A stretch of 64,000 nucleotides of DNA, from contig CM075989.1 in NCBI GenBank assembly GCA_038087875.1, forward strand, positions 20,524,001-20,588,000. The letters are read 5' to 3'. Positions 61,091 through 64,000 of this stretch are shown one piece after another. The position numbers and the translations under genes were made by a program. The DNA is from Malacoraja senta. Lineage: Eukaryota. Under the pieces are notes generated by a model that worked only from the letters and a program-made list of their open reading frames with translations, had not been told where the DNA came from and did no database searches. Numbering within the stretch: position 1 is the first letter of the stretch; every line of letters starts with the position of its first letter.

Positions 61091-63710
61091 GTGCTTGTGT
61101 ACTTTAGTAAAGGCCTGCAAACAAATGCACTTCACAGCAATGGGCAATGGGGATTAATACCCAAGGGGGCAGGATCTAACCTGTGATGGTCCAGTCAAAT
61201 ATTTTTACCACCAACACCATAATATTGCAGAAAATCAAGTGTGCTTAATATTGCTATTGCTATTTTCACTTAAGATCTATTTACTCTAAACTCATTTCTG
61301 TCTTATTTTCTCTCTCAAAGGTTTCTGAGTGTTGCTATGATATTTTCCTTCGCATTAAAGGGATAATTGAATGTAGTGATCGATTCAGCTTCAGCTGATG
61401 CTTATATGGTGTTTCCTGACAACCTTCAGCAGAAATAAACAAATTCTCTCATTTCCCTCTTCTTTGTTTCTGACGCTGATGTGCTTTAATTCAAATACTG
61501 AAGTATTTTGTACAGTACGTTCATAATTTCCACGAGCAGTATACGGCCCTTCGGCCCATCAAGTCTACTCTGCATTTCAGCCAAGGCTGATCTATCTTTC
61601 CCTCTCAACCCCATTCTCCTGCCTTCTCCCCGTAACCTCTGACACCCGTATTAATCAAGAACCTGTCAATATCTGCCTTAAAAATATCCATTGACTTGGC
61701 CTAAACAGCCTTCTGCGGCAATGAATTCCACAGATTCACCACCCTCTGATTAATGAAATTCCTCTCATCATCAGGTATAATTTTCAGGCATGCAGACATA
61801 TTAATTAAACATTATACATTTGTAGAAAAACATAGTAGAGTGTTCAGTAAGACCGGCATTTGTAGATGGTAATTAAGTATCCAAGGGTTCTGATTCATAT
61901 TTAATTTGTGGTTGAAAATAATCCTACCACTTAGTTTCTTGAACATATGTTGTTTTGGAATGTGGTTTCATCCACATTGCACCTGCGATCTACTTGCAAG
62001 TCAAATTTCAAGCTAGAAAGATGCATCTTTGTGGGCTTAATTAAGTAAGTTTCCTGCAAATTGACGTGCCCAATTCTCCATCTTTGAAGAAGGGTCCCGA
62101 CCCGAAATGCCATCTATTCATGTTCTCCAGAGATGCTGCCAGACAAGCTGAGTTACTCCAGCACTTTTATTTTTGTAAACCAGCATGTGCAGTTCCTTGT
62201 TTCTCCATCTCTTGCGTCCGTTTGTAAAATTCCTCTTTGGAATGTGTCGCTTGCATGAGACTCTCAAATGAATTGCAAGATTCTTTAATGCATAATTGGA
62301 TTTTCAGGTGCAAGTTAAAAGACTTTCTACCTATTACCACCTTTTGAATGTGCTAGCAAAAAGTTTGTGAATGGTCCGACCCAAAATGTTTGTCTGTTCA
62401 TTTCCTCCACGGATGCTGCCTTATCCACCAAATTCCTCCAGCACTTTGCTCAAGATTCCAGCATCAACAGTTCCCGTGCAAAAATGAAAATAGTCCTTGT
62501 GCCCAACCTCTACTTCAGCATGCGTTCACTCTTCAGTTTAACTGTTGTAGTGATGGTCCTTTCTACTTTAGAGATACAGCTTGGAAACAGGTCCTTCGGC
62601 CCATTGAGTCCATACCGACCAGCGATCACCCCGTTCACTAGCACTATCCAACACACTACGGATAATTTAACAACTTGTTGAAGCCAATTAACCTACAAAC
62701 CTGTACGTCCTTGGCGTGTGGGATAAAATGAGAGCACCTGGAAAAACCCAGGGTCACAGGGAGAAATACAAATACCGTACTAAATGTTGGTAGTTTAGGG
62801 TAGGGTTGGTGTGGAAATGGATTCTTAGCACCGTGAGACTAGGGCCCGATTCACAACTCTATATGTTGTTCCGTTAGACAGCCAGCATTCAGTTATGACC
62901 ATATTTTACACTTTTTTGCAGTGCAAAATTCTGTTTAATAGGCCACAATCTTTATATTTGTAATCTCCTTTCTTTCTTGCTTTCTTTTTTTCTATTAGTT
63001 TATAGTTTCTCTTATCTCTTCCTTTCTTTATTTCTTCTCTTTAAAAAAAAAAAAAGTAAAAAAATTGAAGCTATGTAAGAACTCTGTAACCAATTTGTCA
63101 TTTAATACTATTTGTACATATGCTTTTAATAAAAATATAAAAAATAAAATAAATAATAGGCCCATGCCTTTGGTCACAGCGGCTTGTCTTTTGAGACTGG
63201 AATAGCATTTGAGTTGTCCTGTCCTAGGAATAATCATGGCAACTCTTCCTTGGGGAGTCAGATATAGAGGCATGACTGTCCAATTCCAGTTAGCTCCTGT
63301 TGAACATGATCCGGGCAAGTGCATTGGCACTTGCACACGGAACGCCGGCTGGAAGTATGCGGATTAAGTAGATCATGACATCATTCAGCACACAACACTG
63401 ATATGACACAGCTGCCATTTAGGAGCTAATTTTTCCAAATGAAACCTGGTCTTACGCATGCACGGAGGAATACATGTCCAGCAGCAGGAGAGAACTAGCA
63501 CCGGCCCGATGTAAAGGAATCCTCCATTTAAAAAGTTCTTTCAAATGTCAATTGGAATATTTATATTTCATGCTTGTTTCAAGTTGCACAATTGTACTGT
63601 GAGCGGTATGACTGGTGCTATTTTCTAGGTGTTTTCAGCAAGCACTTTTTATCTTAGCAAGGAAGAATGTGAGATGCAAGTGATTCTGTTTGAGAAAACT
63701 ACTAAACTTG

Positions 63711-64000
63711 AAGATAGACACAAAAGGCTGGAGTAACTCAGTGGGACAGGCAGCATCTCCAGAGGGAAGGAATGGGTGATGTTTCGGGTCGAGACACTTC
63801 TTCAGACTAGTTAGGGAAAAGGGAAATGAGAGATATCGACGTTGATGTCGAGAGATAAAGACCAATGAATGAGAGATATGCAAATAAGTAACGATGATAA
63901 AGGAAACGGGTTGTTAGCTGTTTGTTGGGTGAAAATGAGAAGCTGGTGCTACTTAGGTGGGGGAGGGATAGAGAGAGAGAGGGAGGGAACGCAGGGGTTA
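63711..64000 (-). mobile_element. PLE 3' pLTR running off the window end
   Basis: Colinear with 34399-34680. Confidence 0.85.

Overview
Vertebrate nuclear DNA, most likely a cartilaginous fish (skate/ray-like), inferred from HE1/V-SINE-type tRNA-SINEs, CR1 LINEs and elasmobranch-type Penelope repeats. It is intronic or intergenic: I recognise no host protein-coding exon, and every identifiable ORF is transposon-derived. The window holds CR1, Rex1/Babar, L1, Tx1 and RTE-derived retroelements, Penelope-like elements (PLEs) with GIY-YIG endonuclease, many ~100-280 bp PLE-terminus inserts, V-SINEs, a solo LTR, a full-length Passport/Eagle-like Tc1 transposon, four Harbinger-type MITEs and one 200-N gap. 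The most notable signal is a ~137-nt non-coding retroposon (37660-37796; second copy 57781-59436, split by a CR1). Its first 54 nt fold into a minimal HDV/CPEB3-type self-cleaving ribozyme lacking P4, with target-site duplications (TSDs) ending at the predicted cleavage site. The PLE-derived mini-elements carry minimal hammerhead-ribozyme motifs, and an RTE-derived element has a partial HDV-like core, so three ribozyme-bearing retroelement types may co-occur. All family names and folds come from reading the sequence by eye, not from database searches or folding software.
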